Program-made: the position numbers and the translations under genes
Part shown: piece after piece, positions 8,456-17,237 of the stretch
Layout of the letters: the number at the start of each line of letters is the position of its first letter
Position numbering within the stretch: position 1 is the stretch's first letter
NCBI GenBank assembly: GCA_040902005.1
Contig: JBBDYA010000082.1
Coordinates: forward strand, 1-22,093
Reading direction: 5' to 3'
DNA length: 22,093 nucleotides
Source: Gemmatimonadaceae bacterium
Lineage (GTDB): Bacteria > Gemmatimonadota > Gemmatimonadetes > Gemmatimonadales > Gemmatimonadaceae
The notes under the pieces: model-generated
What the model was told of the DNA's origin: nothing
The model's input: only the letters and a program-made list of their open reading frames with translations
The model's database searches: none

Positions 8456-9760
8456 CTAGCCCGGCGCCGACGGCGCCGGGCCAGAGCTGCTTTCGTACGT
8501 CTCCATGTCGAGCCCCAGCAGCAGTGTGCCCGCGATCATCCCGGCTGAGAGCAGGAAGGGCAGGGCGATCACTCGATCGTACAGAAATCCGAAGATGACC
8601 GGGAACAGCACGCGTGCGACGCCTCCGAATGTCTGCTGCACCCCCATGTAGAGTCCCCGCTCCCCGCCAGGCACGATGCGCGACAGCAGCGAGGTAATGC
8701 AGGGGAACGTGAACGCCGTTCCCAGCGGCATCAGTGCCACCGCCAGGCCGAGCGGCACGAAGGGGAGCACGCGGAAGAACCGCTCGGGCAGTCCCACGGA
8801 CGCGGCGAGCCCCTCGGGATCGGCGATCGGGTAGATGAACGGCAGCAGGCCGATGCCCGCGGCCAGCAGCACCAGCCCGAATCGCGAGAGCTTCGCTTCA
8901 CCGTACCTGTCCACGGCCCAGCCCAGCAGCAGCGCGCGCGTGAAGATGGAGATGAGCCCGATGTACGCGAAGAAGAAGCCGATCGTCGTCACCGTGACGC
9001 CAAACCGGACTCCGAGAAAGAGCGCGAGGATCGCGGTCAGTCCCTGGAACGCCCCCAACGCGACCGCGTAGATCACGATGAGCCGCGACGCCGGCTCGTT
9101 GATGTGCGTAATGACGCGTACCACGGCCTGCCGCGAACGCCCAATCGCGCCGCCCCGGGCTCGCGCCGCCACCGCCTCCTTCATGTCGCGTGATTCGGTG
9201 AGGAATTTCCAGGCAAAGGCGATGTTCACCACGCAGAGCGCCGCCGCGAACAGGCCCGGGCCCGACGCGCCCCACGTGATGGCGAGCCCGCCCAGCAGCG
9301 GGCCCAGGAACACGCCGGCATTCGTCGCGGCCGACAGCCAGCCCAGACCCTTCGCGCGCTCGTGGGGCGCGAGCGCGTCGGCCACGTAGGCCTGGATCAC
9401 GCTCACGGTGCCACCGCCGGCGCCGTGCACCAGGCGTGAGAGAAAGAGCAGCGCGAGCGAATCCGCGTACGCGAAAATGACGTACCCGATCGCGGCCGCG
9501 GACATCCCGACGATGAGCGCCGGACGCCGCCCGTAGTGATCGGAAAATCGGCCCCACAACGGGGCGCTCACCAGCTGCGCCACTGCGAACGACGAGACGA
9601 GCAGCCCAACGACGAATCCGCTGGCGCCCATGTCCGTCGCGTAGAACGGAAGCAGCGGCAGAATCATCAGCAGCCCGACCATGTCCATGAAGGCAGACAC
9701 CATCAGGACCACGAGCTTGCCCGCTGACGACTTGCCGGAAGGGGGGGGGGTACCGCCCAT
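8456..9760 (-). CDS. MFS transporter, DHA1/TetA-like
   Basis: About 12 TM helices. Motif A GRFSDHYGRRP, motif D1-like LILPLLP, SRLVHGAGGG, QAYVAD...ERAKGLG, and motif C-like GVFLGPLLGG. Confidence 0.9.
   Translation of the reverse strand: MGGTPPPSGKSSAGKLVVLMVSAFMDMVGLLMILPLLPFYATDMGASGFVVGLLVSSFAVAQLVSAPLWGRFSDHYGRRPALIVGMSAAAIGYVIFAYADSLALLFLSRLVHGAGGGTVSVIQAYVADALAPHERAKGLGWLSAATNAGVFLGPLLGGLAITWGASGPGLFAAALCVVNIAFAWKFLTESRDMKEAVAARARGGAIGRSRQAVVRVITHINEPASRLIVIYAVALGAFQGLTAILALFLGVRFGVTVTTIGFFFAYIGLISIFTRALLLGWAVDRYGEAKLSRFGLVLLAAGIGLLPFIYPIADPEGLAASVGLPERFFRVLPFVPLGLAVALMPLGTAFTFPCITSLLSRIVPGGERGLYMGVQQTFGGVARVLFPVIFGFLYDRVIALPFLLSAGMIAGTLLLGLDMETYESSSGPAPSAPG
9741..9750 (-). repeat. 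C10 homopolymer (coding strand) in codons 4-7 of the MFS gene
   Basis: G10 on the + strand. The minus strand reads ATG GGC GGT ACC CCC CCC CCT. Confidence 0.9.
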
Positions 9761-9769
9761 GCGAATGCG

Positions 9770-11071
9770 TCAGGCGATGAGCATCGACGCAACGCAGGCG
9801 GTGAGGAAGCAGGCAATGCTGCCGCCGATCAGCGCCTTCATGCCGAGCTGTGCCAGCAGGGCGCGCCGGTTCGGGGCCAGCGATCCGATGCCGCCAATCT
9901 GGATGCCCACCGACGCGATGTTCGAGAACCCACACAGCGCGTATGTCAGGATGATCTGCGCGCGCACGTCGGGCAGCGCGCCGGACTCCTTCACCCCGGC
10001 CAGCGTGCTGTACGCGTAGAACTCGTTGAGGACCGTCTTCTCACCGATGATCTGTCCGGAGATCATCAGCGAGCCCACGTCGATTCCCATGAGCCAGGCG
10101 AGCGGCGCGAAGGCGATCCCCAGGATGAACTGCAGCGAGAACTCCGCGTACCGGCCGTCGGTTGCCCGGGAGATCACGTCGTTCAGCCCGGTCCAGCTGC
10201 CGATGCCCGCGGACAGGATCCAGTTCAGGAAGGCCACCATGGCGGTAAAGACGAGGAGCATCGCCCCGACGTTGATCGCCAGGCGAAGTCCATCGGTGGT
10301 TCCGTTGGTGATCGCCTCGAGTGCGTTGGCGCCGAGCTTGTCCTCCGACACGTGGAGCTCGTCGCTCACCTGCTCCGTTTCCGGCTCCAGCATCTTGGCG
10401 GCGAGCATCGCGGCCGGCGCGGACAGCACCGACGCGGTCAGGAGGTGCTTCGCGAACAGGAGCCGCCCCTCGTCCGTGGGACCGCCCAGCATCCCGATGT
10501 ACGCCACGAGCACGGCGCCGGCGATCGTCGCCATGCCGCCCACCATCACCGCCATGAGCTCCGACCGCGTCATCGTCGGCAGGTAGTGCCGCACGAGCAA
10601 CGGCGCTTCGGTCTGCCCCATGAAGATGTTGGCCGACGCGCTGAGACTCTCGGCGCCCGACAGCTTCATCGTGCGCGTCATCACCCACGCGAACGCGTAG
10701 ACGACTTTCTGAAGGATGCCGAGGTAGAACAGCAGCGACGTCAACGCGGAAAAGAAGATGATGGTCGGCAGCACGTTGAACGCGAACAGGAATCCGAACG
10801 TGTCGGTGTTCGTGATCAGGCTGCCGAAAAGGAACTCCGCGCCCGCCCGGTTGAAGTCCAGAATGCGCACGAAGAAGCGTCCCACGCCGTCCACGGCGAC
10901 GCGCACGATGTCCACGTGCAGCACCAGGATGCCGAAGAGGATCTGGAGCGCCAGTGCCGAGCCGACCAGTCGCCACGAAATGGCCCGCCGATTGGAGCTG
11001 AACGCGTAGAGGATGACGACGAACACCGCCATGCCCAGCAGGCCACGCGCGAGGTTGAGGATCGTGTCCAT
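9770..11071 (-). CDS. Concentrative nucleoside transporter (CNT/NupC family); ATG at 11071 preferred over 11110
   Basis: Family motifs FAFNVLPTIIFFSAL, SGAESLSASANIFMGQTEAPL, GGMATIAG, KTVLNEFYAY and YALCGFSNIASVGIQIGG. Confidence 0.93.
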   Translation of the reverse strand: MDTILNLARGLLGMAVFVVILYAFSSNRRAISWRLVGSALALQILFGILVLHVDIVRVAVDGVGRFFVRILDFNRAGAEFLFGSLITNTDTFGFLFAFNVLPTIIFFSALTSLLFYLGILQKVVYAFAWVMTRTMKLSGAESLSASANIFMGQTEAPLLVRHYLPTMTRSELMAVMVGGMATIAGAVLVAYIGMLGGPTDEGRLLFAKHLLTASVLSAPAAMLAAKMLEPETEQVSDELHVSEDKLGANALEAITNGTTDGLRLAINVGAMLLVFTAMVAFLNWILSAGIGSWTGLNDVISRATDGRYAEFSLQFILGIAFAPLAWLMGIDVGSLMISGQIIGEKTVLNEFYAYSTLAGVKESGALPDVRAQIILTYALCGFSNIASVGIQIGGIGSLAPNRRALLAQLGMKALIGGSIACFLTACVASMLIA

Positions 11072-11157
11072 CAGTGCGGGGGAGGGCGGCGGATGAAACC
11101 GGGATGCCAACGACGCGATGGAAGGTCGTCGGGCACTGGGGCGCGGGCAAGGCGCCG

Positions 11158-11166
11158 TGATAGAAT
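11158..11166 (+). promoter_or_regulatory. Extended -10 promoter element (TGnTAGAAT) for nadB, likely leaderless
   Basis: TGATAGAAT at 11158-11166, 6 nt before the nadB ATG at 11173. No SD. It is the only strongly AT-rich patch in the divergent intergenic region. Confidence 0.65.
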
Positions 11167-11172
11167 TCAGCC

Positions 11173-12690
11173 ATGCCGGTCAGTCGTCTTCGCGGTCGGG
11201 TCCTGGTCGTCGGGTCGGGTGTGGCCGGACTGCACACGGCCTGGCGCGCCTCCGAGCAGGGCGATGTCCTGCTGCTCACCAAACGCTCGTTGTTCGACAG
11301 CGCCACGTCCTACGCGCAGGGGGGCATCGCCGCGGCGCTGGGCGCCGGTGATTCGCCCAGCCAGCACCGGCGGGATACGCTGGCGGCGGGCGCCGCCCTG
11401 TGCGACGCGGCGGCTGTTCAGGTGCTGGTGGAGGAAGGCCCCGCCCGCGTCCGGGAACTCCAGGCGGCGGGGGCGGCCTTCGATCTCGAGCCGGGCACCG
11501 GCCGGCTGCTGCTGGGCCGCGAGGCGGCCCATTCGCGCAAGCGCATCGTCCATGCGCACGGCGACCAGACCGGCGCCGAGGTGGCGCGCACGTTGGTAGA
11601 GCGCGTGCGCGGCAGCGACCGGATCCGCGTGCTGGAGAGGACACGCGTCCTCGACCTGATCGTGCACCGCGGCGCCTGCGTCGGCGTGCGCGCCAGCGTG
11701 CGCGGGGTGGCCACGGAGATTATGGCGGACGTCACCGTGCTCGCCACGGGCGGCGGCGGACAGGCCTACCGGTACACCACCAACCCGGTCGTCGCCACCG
11801 GCGACGGCTATGCGATCGCGCATCGCGCGGGCGTGCTGCTGTCGGACATGGAGTTCGTGCAGTTCCATCCCACGGCGCTCGACACGCCGGAGAATCCGCT
11901 CGCGCTCATCTCCGAGGCCGTGCGCGGCGAGGGCGCCACCCTCGTCAACGAACGCGGCGTGCGGTTCATGAGGAAGGTGCACCGCCTTGGCGATCTCGCG
12001 CCGCGCGACATCGTGGCCCGCGCCATCGTGAGGCAGCAGCGCCGCGGCAGCCGGGTATACCTCGATGCGCGCAAGCTGTCGCGCACCTTTTCGCGCCGTT
12101 TCCCGGGGATTCTCTCGATCTGCCTGGCGCGGGGCATCGATCCTCGCCGCGACCTCATCCCCGTCACCCCCGCCGCTCACTACATGATGGGCGGGATCAT
12201 CACCGATCTCCGTGGACGGTCGAATCTCGACCGCCTCTACGCCGTGGGCGAGGTGTCGCGCACTGGCGTGCATGGCGCCAATCGACTCGCGTCGAACTCC
12301 CTGCTGGAGGGACTGGTGTTCGCCGAACGGGTTGCCCGCGACGTCGCGGGGGCGAAGGAGCTGAAATCGCTGCCCAGAAAAGGGAGCTGGACCGTGCCCA
12401 TACTGAAGGACCGGGGCGCCGCACAGGTGGCTGCTGACCTCGTGCGCGAGGTGATGTGGCGGGACGTTGGGGTGATCCGCAGTGCCGCCGGCCTGCGCTC
12501 CGCCCGCGCGCAGCTGACCGACATGGAGAGGCGGCTGCCGGCCGGAGCCACCGAGGAACTCAACCTCGTGCAAACAGCCCGACTCATCGTGGAAGGGGCC
12601 ACGCGGCGCCGGGAGTCGCGCGGCGGCCACTACCGATCCGATTTCCCCCGGCCCAGGGGGAGCTGGAGGGGAAGGCACGTGGAGCTGTAG
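11173..12690 (+). CDS. nadB: L-aspartate oxidase
   Basis: Motifs GSGVAG, SYAQGGIAA, REAAHSRKRIVHA, EFVQFHPT, SEAVRGEG, HYMMGG, GVHGANRLASNSLLEG and RESRGGHYRSD. Adjacent to nadA and nadC. Confidence 0.96.
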   Translation: MPVSRLRGRVLVVGSGVAGLHTAWRASEQGDVLLLTKRSLFDSATSYAQGGIAAALGAGDSPSQHRRDTLAAGAALCDAAAVQVLVEEGPARVRELQAAGAAFDLEPGTGRLLLGREAAHSRKRIVHAHGDQTGAEVARTLVERVRGSDRIRVLERTRVLDLIVHRGACVGVRASVRGVATEIMADVTVLATGGGGQAYRYTTNPVVATGDGYAIAHRAGVLLSDMEFVQFHPTALDTPENPLALISEAVRGEGATLVNERGVRFMRKVHRLGDLAPRDIVARAIVRQQRRGSRVYLDARKLSRTFSRRFPGILSICLARGIDPRRDLIPVTPAAHYMMGGIITDLRGRSNLDRLYAVGEVSRTGVHGANRLASNSLLEGLVFAERVARDVAGAKELKSLPRKGSWTVPILKDRGAAQVAADLVREVMWRDVGVIRSAAGLRSARAQLTDMERRLPAGATEELNLVQTARLIVEGATRRRESRGGHYRSDFPRPRGSWRGRHVEL

Positions 12691-12706
12691 CTTAGATTCC
12701 CGCTCC

Positions 12707-13756
12707 ATGGCGAGCATCATGACAGGCGCCCGACAGGACATGGTCGAGGAACTGCACGCGGAAATCCGGGAGCTTGCCCGCGCCATGAATGCCGTCATCC
12801 TCGCGCACAACTACGAGCGCCCCGAAGTACAGGACGTCGCGCATTTCGTGGGGGATTCCCTGGGACTCTCGCGCGAGGCGGCCAAGACGGACGCTGACGT
12901 GATCGTCTTCTGCGGCGTGCATTTCATGGCTGAAACCGCGGCCATCCTGTCGCCCCGGAAAACGATCCTGTTGCCCGACCTCGCCGCCGGCTGTTCGCTG
13001 GCGTCCACGATCGACGCGGCGCAGCTCCGCGCGTGGAAGGCGGAGCATCCCGGCGCGGTGGTCGTATCGTACGTGAACACCACGGCCGAGGTGAAGGCCG
13101 AAACGGACTACTGCTGCACGTCGGGCAATGCTGTCGAGGTGATCAACGCGATTCCCGCCGACAGGGACATCCTCTTTCTCCCGGACATGTTTCTCGGCGC
13201 GCACGTACGCCGCGTGACCGGGCGCGACAACATCCATGTCTGGATGGGCGAGTGTCACGTGCATGCGGGCATCGATCCGGAGCACATCCGACTGCAGCGG
13301 CAACTGCATCCGAACGCCGAGTTTCTCATTCATCCCGAGTGCGGCTGCTCCACGAGCGTGATCGAGGCGATGTCCGCGGGCGATATCGACCCGGAGGGGG
13401 TGCAGGTGCTGTCCACCGAGGGGATGATCAAGCGGCCCCGGGAGTCGCGCGCGGACGAGTTCATCGTCGCGACCGAGGTCGGCATCCTGCACCGCCTGCG
13501 CCGGGAGAATCCACAGAAGCGCTTTCACGCCGCGAACGAGCGCGCGTCCTGCGCCTACATGAAGGTCACGACCCTGCCAAAGGTGTTGCAGTCGCTCGAG
13601 AACATGCAGTATCCGATCACGGTTCCCGACGATGTCGCCGCGCGCGCGAGGAAAGCCATCGAGCGCATGATCGCCATCGGGGGGAGTGGGGGCGGGGGGG
13701 GACGGAGTGGGCCGGCGCTGTCGCCGGTGACGAAGACGATCGACCCCGGCGAGTGA
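12707..13756 (+). CDS. nadA: Quinolinate synthase A (4Fe-4S)
   Basis: ILAHNY, GDSLGL and FCGVHFMAETA, the three cluster cysteines (AGCSLA, GECHVH, SCAYMK), plus HPEC, STEGM and ATE. The start may instead be the ATG at 12719 or 12740. Confidence 0.97.
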   Translation: MASIMTGARQDMVEELHAEIRELARAMNAVILAHNYERPEVQDVAHFVGDSLGLSREAAKTDADVIVFCGVHFMAETAAILSPRKTILLPDLAAGCSLASTIDAAQLRAWKAEHPGAVVVSYVNTTAEVKAETDYCCTSGNAVEVINAIPADRDILFLPDMFLGAHVRRVTGRDNIHVWMGECHVHAGIDPEHIRLQRQLHPNAEFLIHPECGCSTSVIEAMSAGDIDPEGVQVLSTEGMIKRPRESRADEFIVATEVGILHRLRRENPQKRFHAANERASCAYMKVTTLPKVLQSLENMQYPITVPDDVAARARKAIERMIAIGGSGGGGGRSGPALSPVTKTIDPGE

Positions 13757-13781
13757 ACCAACGCGGACAGGAGGGAGCCAG

Positions 13782-14723
13782 ATGGAGACACCGGACAGGA
13801 ACCGCCGCGCGGAGCGCCGCAGCGTGCCGCGGACCATCACGCCCCTCTCGACGCCGGCATTCGACAGCGACCCACACCTCCGTTTTCCGCTGACGGTGGC
13901 CGGGTGCCGCGCGCTCGTGCGGGCGGCGCTCGATGAGGATCAGGCGTTCAACGACATCACCACCATCGCGACGGTCGTGTCCGACCGGCGCGCGCGCGCC
14001 ACGCTCGTCGCCCGTGGCACCGGCACGATCTGCGGCGTGCCGCTGGCGCTGGAGGCGTTCCGGACGCTCGATCCCAAGTGCACCATCCGCGTGGAGCGCG
14101 AGGACAGCCGGCGCGCCGTGAAGGGCGACCCGGTGCTCTTCGTCACCGGGCACGCGCGCGGGCTGCTGGGCGCGGAGCGCGTTGCGCTCAACTTCATGCA
14201 GCGGTTGTCCGGTATCGCCACGTTGACGTCGAGATTCGTGGAGGCGGTCAAGGGCACGAAGACACAGATCCTCGACACGCGCAAGACGACTCCCGGCTGG
14301 CGCCTGCTCGAGAAGTACGCCGTGCGCGCCGGCGGTGGCGTGAACCACCGGATGGACCTGGCCACGGCGGTCCTGATCAAGGACAACCATCTGGCCGCGT
14401 GCGACGGGGACGTGGCCATCGCGGTCAAGCGCGCCCGCGACATGGCGCCCGAAGGTACGCAGATCGAAGTGGAATGCGAGCGACCGGAGCAGGTGCAGGC
14501 CGCGATCGAGGCGGGCGCGCACATCGTGCTGCTGGACAACATGCCGCTGGACACGCTGCGCGAATCGGTGCGCGTGGCCGATGGCCGTGTGAAGACGGAA
14601 GCGTCGGGCGGCGTGAACCTGAACACCGTGCGCGCGATCGCCGAGACCGGCGTGGACTGGATTTCCATCGGCGCACTCACGCACTCGCCGCCCGCGCTCG
14701 ATCTCGCGCTCGATTTCGACTAG
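13782..14723 (+). CDS. nadC: Quinolinate phosphoribosyltransferase (nicotinate-nucleotide pyrophosphorylase, carboxylating)
   Basis: Motifs ERVALNFMQRLSGIAT, DTRKTTPG, NHRMDL, LIKDNH, EVEC, LLDNM, EASGG and SIGALTHS. SD-like GAGGGAG at 13771-13777. Confidence 0.97.
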   Translation: METPDRNRRAERRSVPRTITPLSTPAFDSDPHLRFPLTVAGCRALVRAALDEDQAFNDITTIATVVSDRRARATLVARGTGTICGVPLALEAFRTLDPKCTIRVEREDSRRAVKGDPVLFVTGHARGLLGAERVALNFMQRLSGIATLTSRFVEAVKGTKTQILDTRKTTPGWRLLEKYAVRAGGGVNHRMDLATAVLIKDNHLAACDGDVAIAVKRARDMAPEGTQIEVECERPEQVQAAIEAGAHIVLLDNMPLDTLRESVRVADGRVKTEASGGVNLNTVRAIAETGVDWISIGALTHSPPALDLALDFD

Positions 14724-15622
14724 CCCGACACCCCCGACACCCCCGGCCGTGCCGGAACGAGCAGCCGCGCGGCGCCAGGCCGCACGGTGACGTCCAGCGG
14801 CGTCATGCCCAGCAGCTCGCCGTCTGCCTGTGCGGCCCGCGGCGGATCCGTCTCGAGGAGGAAGTGGCGTCCCGGGAAGGTGCTGAAGCCCGCGTCCAGG
14901 TGCACCCGGCCGCGCAGCATGCGCGCGAACATCCGCATCGCCTCGCGGAGATTGGCGGGCGCGTAGACGCAGGCGTGCAGCACGCCGTCATCGCTCGCGA
15001 TGCCCTGGCCAAAGGTGATCGCTCCGCCCAGCACCGATCCCAGATTGGCGATCATGACCGACGAGGCGGAGCGCTCGTGCAGCACGCCGTCCACCGTCAG
15101 ATGAACGCGAAACTTTTCCACGCGCAATGCCGCCCTCGTCGCGGCCCAGACATACGCCAACACGCCGAGCCGCCGCTTGAACGCGGCGGACGCGCCCGCG
15201 ATCATCGCCGCGTCCAGGCCCACACCGAGCCCGATCGCGAACTGCCGCCCATCCGCAAGCTGCCCCAGGTCGATGCGCGTCTCCGTGCCCGCGAGCAGGC
15301 GCGGTATCGCGCGCGACACCAGCAGGGGAATGCCAAGCGAGCGCGCCAGCACGTTGCCCGTTCCGCCGGCCAGAATTCCCACCGGAGGGCCACCGCCGGC
15401 CAGCGCCGTGATGACTTCGATCGCGGTGCCGTCGCCGCCCAGCGTGAATACGACGTCGAAGCGCGCGCCGCGCTCGCGCATGACGTCCGCGCCATGTCCG
15501 GGCGCTACCGTCGTGATCACCTCGTACTCCACGCCCGCCCGCTCGAGTGCGCGCGCGGCTTCGGCACGGGCACGGGTGGCGCGCCGCGCGCCGGGATTCA
15601 CGATGAGCAGCGCGCGCTTCAC
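14720..15622 (-). CDS. Diacylglycerol-kinase-family (YegS/DgkB/BmrU-like) kinase; GTG at 15622 preferred over 15664
   Basis: Motifs IVNPGA, GGDGT, GILAGGTGNVLARSLGIP, IDLG, GVGLDA, GVLAY, DDG and QADGE. Confidence 0.9.
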   Translation of the reverse strand: MKRALLIVNPGARRATRARAEAARALERAGVEYEVITTVAPGHGADVMRERGARFDVVFTLGGDGTAIEVITALAGGGPPVGILAGGTGNVLARSLGIPLLVSRAIPRLLAGTETRIDLGQLADGRQFAIGLGVGLDAAMIAGASAAFKRRLGVLAYVWAATRAALRVEKFRVHLTVDGVLHERSASSVMIANLGSVLGGAITFGQGIASDDGVLHACVYAPANLREAMRMFARMLRGRVHLDAGFSTFPGRHFLLETDPPRAAQADGELLGMTPLDVTVRPGAARLLVPARPGVSGVSG

Positions 15623-15635
15623 GGGGTGCGGTGGG

Positions 15636-17237
15636 TCAGGCGGGCTCACGCCACCGAACGCCATGCGCGCCGGCGAGCGCCTCTGCCTCCGGCGGGCCCC
15701 AGGACCCCGCGGGGTACGTGGGCATGACTTTGGCCGGGTGCGCGTCCCACCGGGTGATGATGGGGTCGATCACCTTCCACGCGGCCTCCACTTCATCACT
15801 GCGCGTGAATAAGGTGGCATCGCCCAGCATCACGTCCAGCAGCAGCGTCTCGTAGGCGGGTGGATTGGAATCGCCGAACGCTTCCTTGTACAGGAAGTCC
15901 ATCGCCACCGGAGCCACCTCCATGCCATGCGACAGCTGGTAGGCCGCGCCGGGCGCCTTCACCTGGAACGAGAGCGACACCCCCTCGTTGGGCTGGATCC
16001 GCAACACCAGCACATTCGGCGCGATCTGCTCGCGCGTCTCGTGCCGGAACATGAGGATTGGCGGATCCTTGAACTGCACCGCGATCTCGGACACGCGGCT
16101 CGCCATGCGCTTTCCAGAGCGCAGCAGGAAGGGAACGTCCTTCCATCGCCAGTTGTCCACGAGGAACCGCATGGCCGCGTAGGTGGGCGTCTGGGAGTCC
16201 CTGGCCACGTCGGCCTCGTCCCGGTAGCCCGGTATGCGCGAACCCCCCACCGTGGCCGCCGCGTACTGCGCGCGCACCGTCGCCTGCTCGATGTCGCGCC
16301 CCCCCTCCAGCCACCGCAGCGACTGGATCACCTTGACCTTTTCGTCGCGCACCGCGTCGGCGGACATCGTCGCCGGCGGCTCCATCGCGGTGAGCGTGAG
16401 CAACTGGAGCAGGTGGTTCTGGAACATGTCGCGCACCACGCCGGCTTCCTCGTAGTACCGTCCGCGCTTCTCCACCCCCACCGTTTCGGCGACGGTGATC
16501 TGCACGTGCTGGATGGACTGCCGGTTCCAGATCGGCTCGAAGATCGCGTTGGCGAACCGGAACACGAGGATGCTCTGCACCGTCTCCTTGCCGAGGTAGT
16601 GATCGATGCGGTACAGCTGGCACTCGTTGAACAGGTCGAGCACCAGGCGGTTCAGCGCGCGTGCCGTCTCGAGGCTGCGCCCGAACGGCTTCTCGATCAC
16701 CACCCGGCGCCACGGACGCTCCGCCCCGTCGTGCATGCGGGAGGCAAGCCCGCTGCCGGAGAGGAACTGCACGATCATCGGAAATACGCTGGGGGGCACG
16801 GCCAGGTAGAACAGCCGGTTGCGATGCGAGATCGGTCGCGCGGACTCCAGCACCGCCAGTCGCTCGGCGAAGCGCTGGTACGCGGCGCCGTCGGCGAGGT
16901 CGCCGCTGGTGTAGTGCATCCGAGGTGCGAGCGCATTCCACACCTGTTCGTCGAAGGCGGGAATCTCGTCGCTGGACGACACCGCCTCGCGCATCATGGC
17001 GCGAAAGCGATCGTCGTCCATCTCCTCGCGGGCAACCCCGAGCACATCGCAGCCGGCTGGCAGCAGCTTGTCCTGCGCCAGCTGGTAGATCGCCGGCAGC
17101 AGCTTCCGCTTCGCCAAATCCCCGTTCGCGCCAAAAATGACGATGGTGCAGGGATCGGCAAACCGCCGATCGTCGCCGAGCGAGCGCAACACCTGGCTGG
17201 GACGCGCGGCAACGCGCCGCGGCGCCTGGGCGGTCAT
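15636..17237 (-). CDS. zwf: Glucose-6-phosphate 1-dehydrogenase
   Basis: Motifs [45 protein letters not shown] and RSGK. Confidence 0.97.
   Translation of the reverse strand: MTAQAPRRVAARPSQVLRSLGDDRRFADPCTIVIFGANGDLAKRKLLPAIYQLAQDKLLPAGCDVLGVAREEMDDDRFRAMMREAVSSSDEIPAFDEQVWNALAPRMHYTSGDLADGAAYQRFAERLAVLESARPISHRNRLFYLAVPPSVFPMIVQFLSGSGLASRMHDGAERPWRRVVIEKPFGRSLETARALNRLVLDLFNECQLYRIDHYLGKETVQSILVFRFANAIFEPIWNRQSIQHVQITVAETVGVEKRGRYYEEAGVVRDMFQNHLLQLLTLTAMEPPATMSADAVRDEKVKVIQSLRWLEGGRDIEQATVRAQYAAATVGGSRIPGYRDEADVARDSQTPTYAAMRFLVDNWRWKDVPFLLRSGKRMASRVSEIAVQFKDPPILMFRHETREQIAPNVLVLRIQPNEGVSLSFQVKAPGAAYQLSHGMEVAPVAMDFLYKEAFGDSNPPAYETLLLDVMLGDATLFTRSDEVEAAWKVIDPIITRWDAHPAKVMPTYPAGSWGPPEAEALAGAHGVRWREPA

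Noticed and set aside
8456..9760. Calling the MFS gene tetA (antibiotic resistance)
   Set aside because: Only generic DHA1 motifs are present, with no tetR or mobile context.
11105..11160. CAACGACG / CAAGGCG ANTAR-like words or an NAD+ riboswitch upstream of nadB
   Set aside because: The stems are poor or the loop length is wrong, and the region lies upstream of the predicted nadB TSS. No riboswitch-like conserved architecture was recognised.
14724..14744. Tandem 9-mer CCCGACACC x2
   Set aside because: Only two copies, encoding the GVSGVSG tail of the kinase. It is not a CRISPR or mobile-element repeat.
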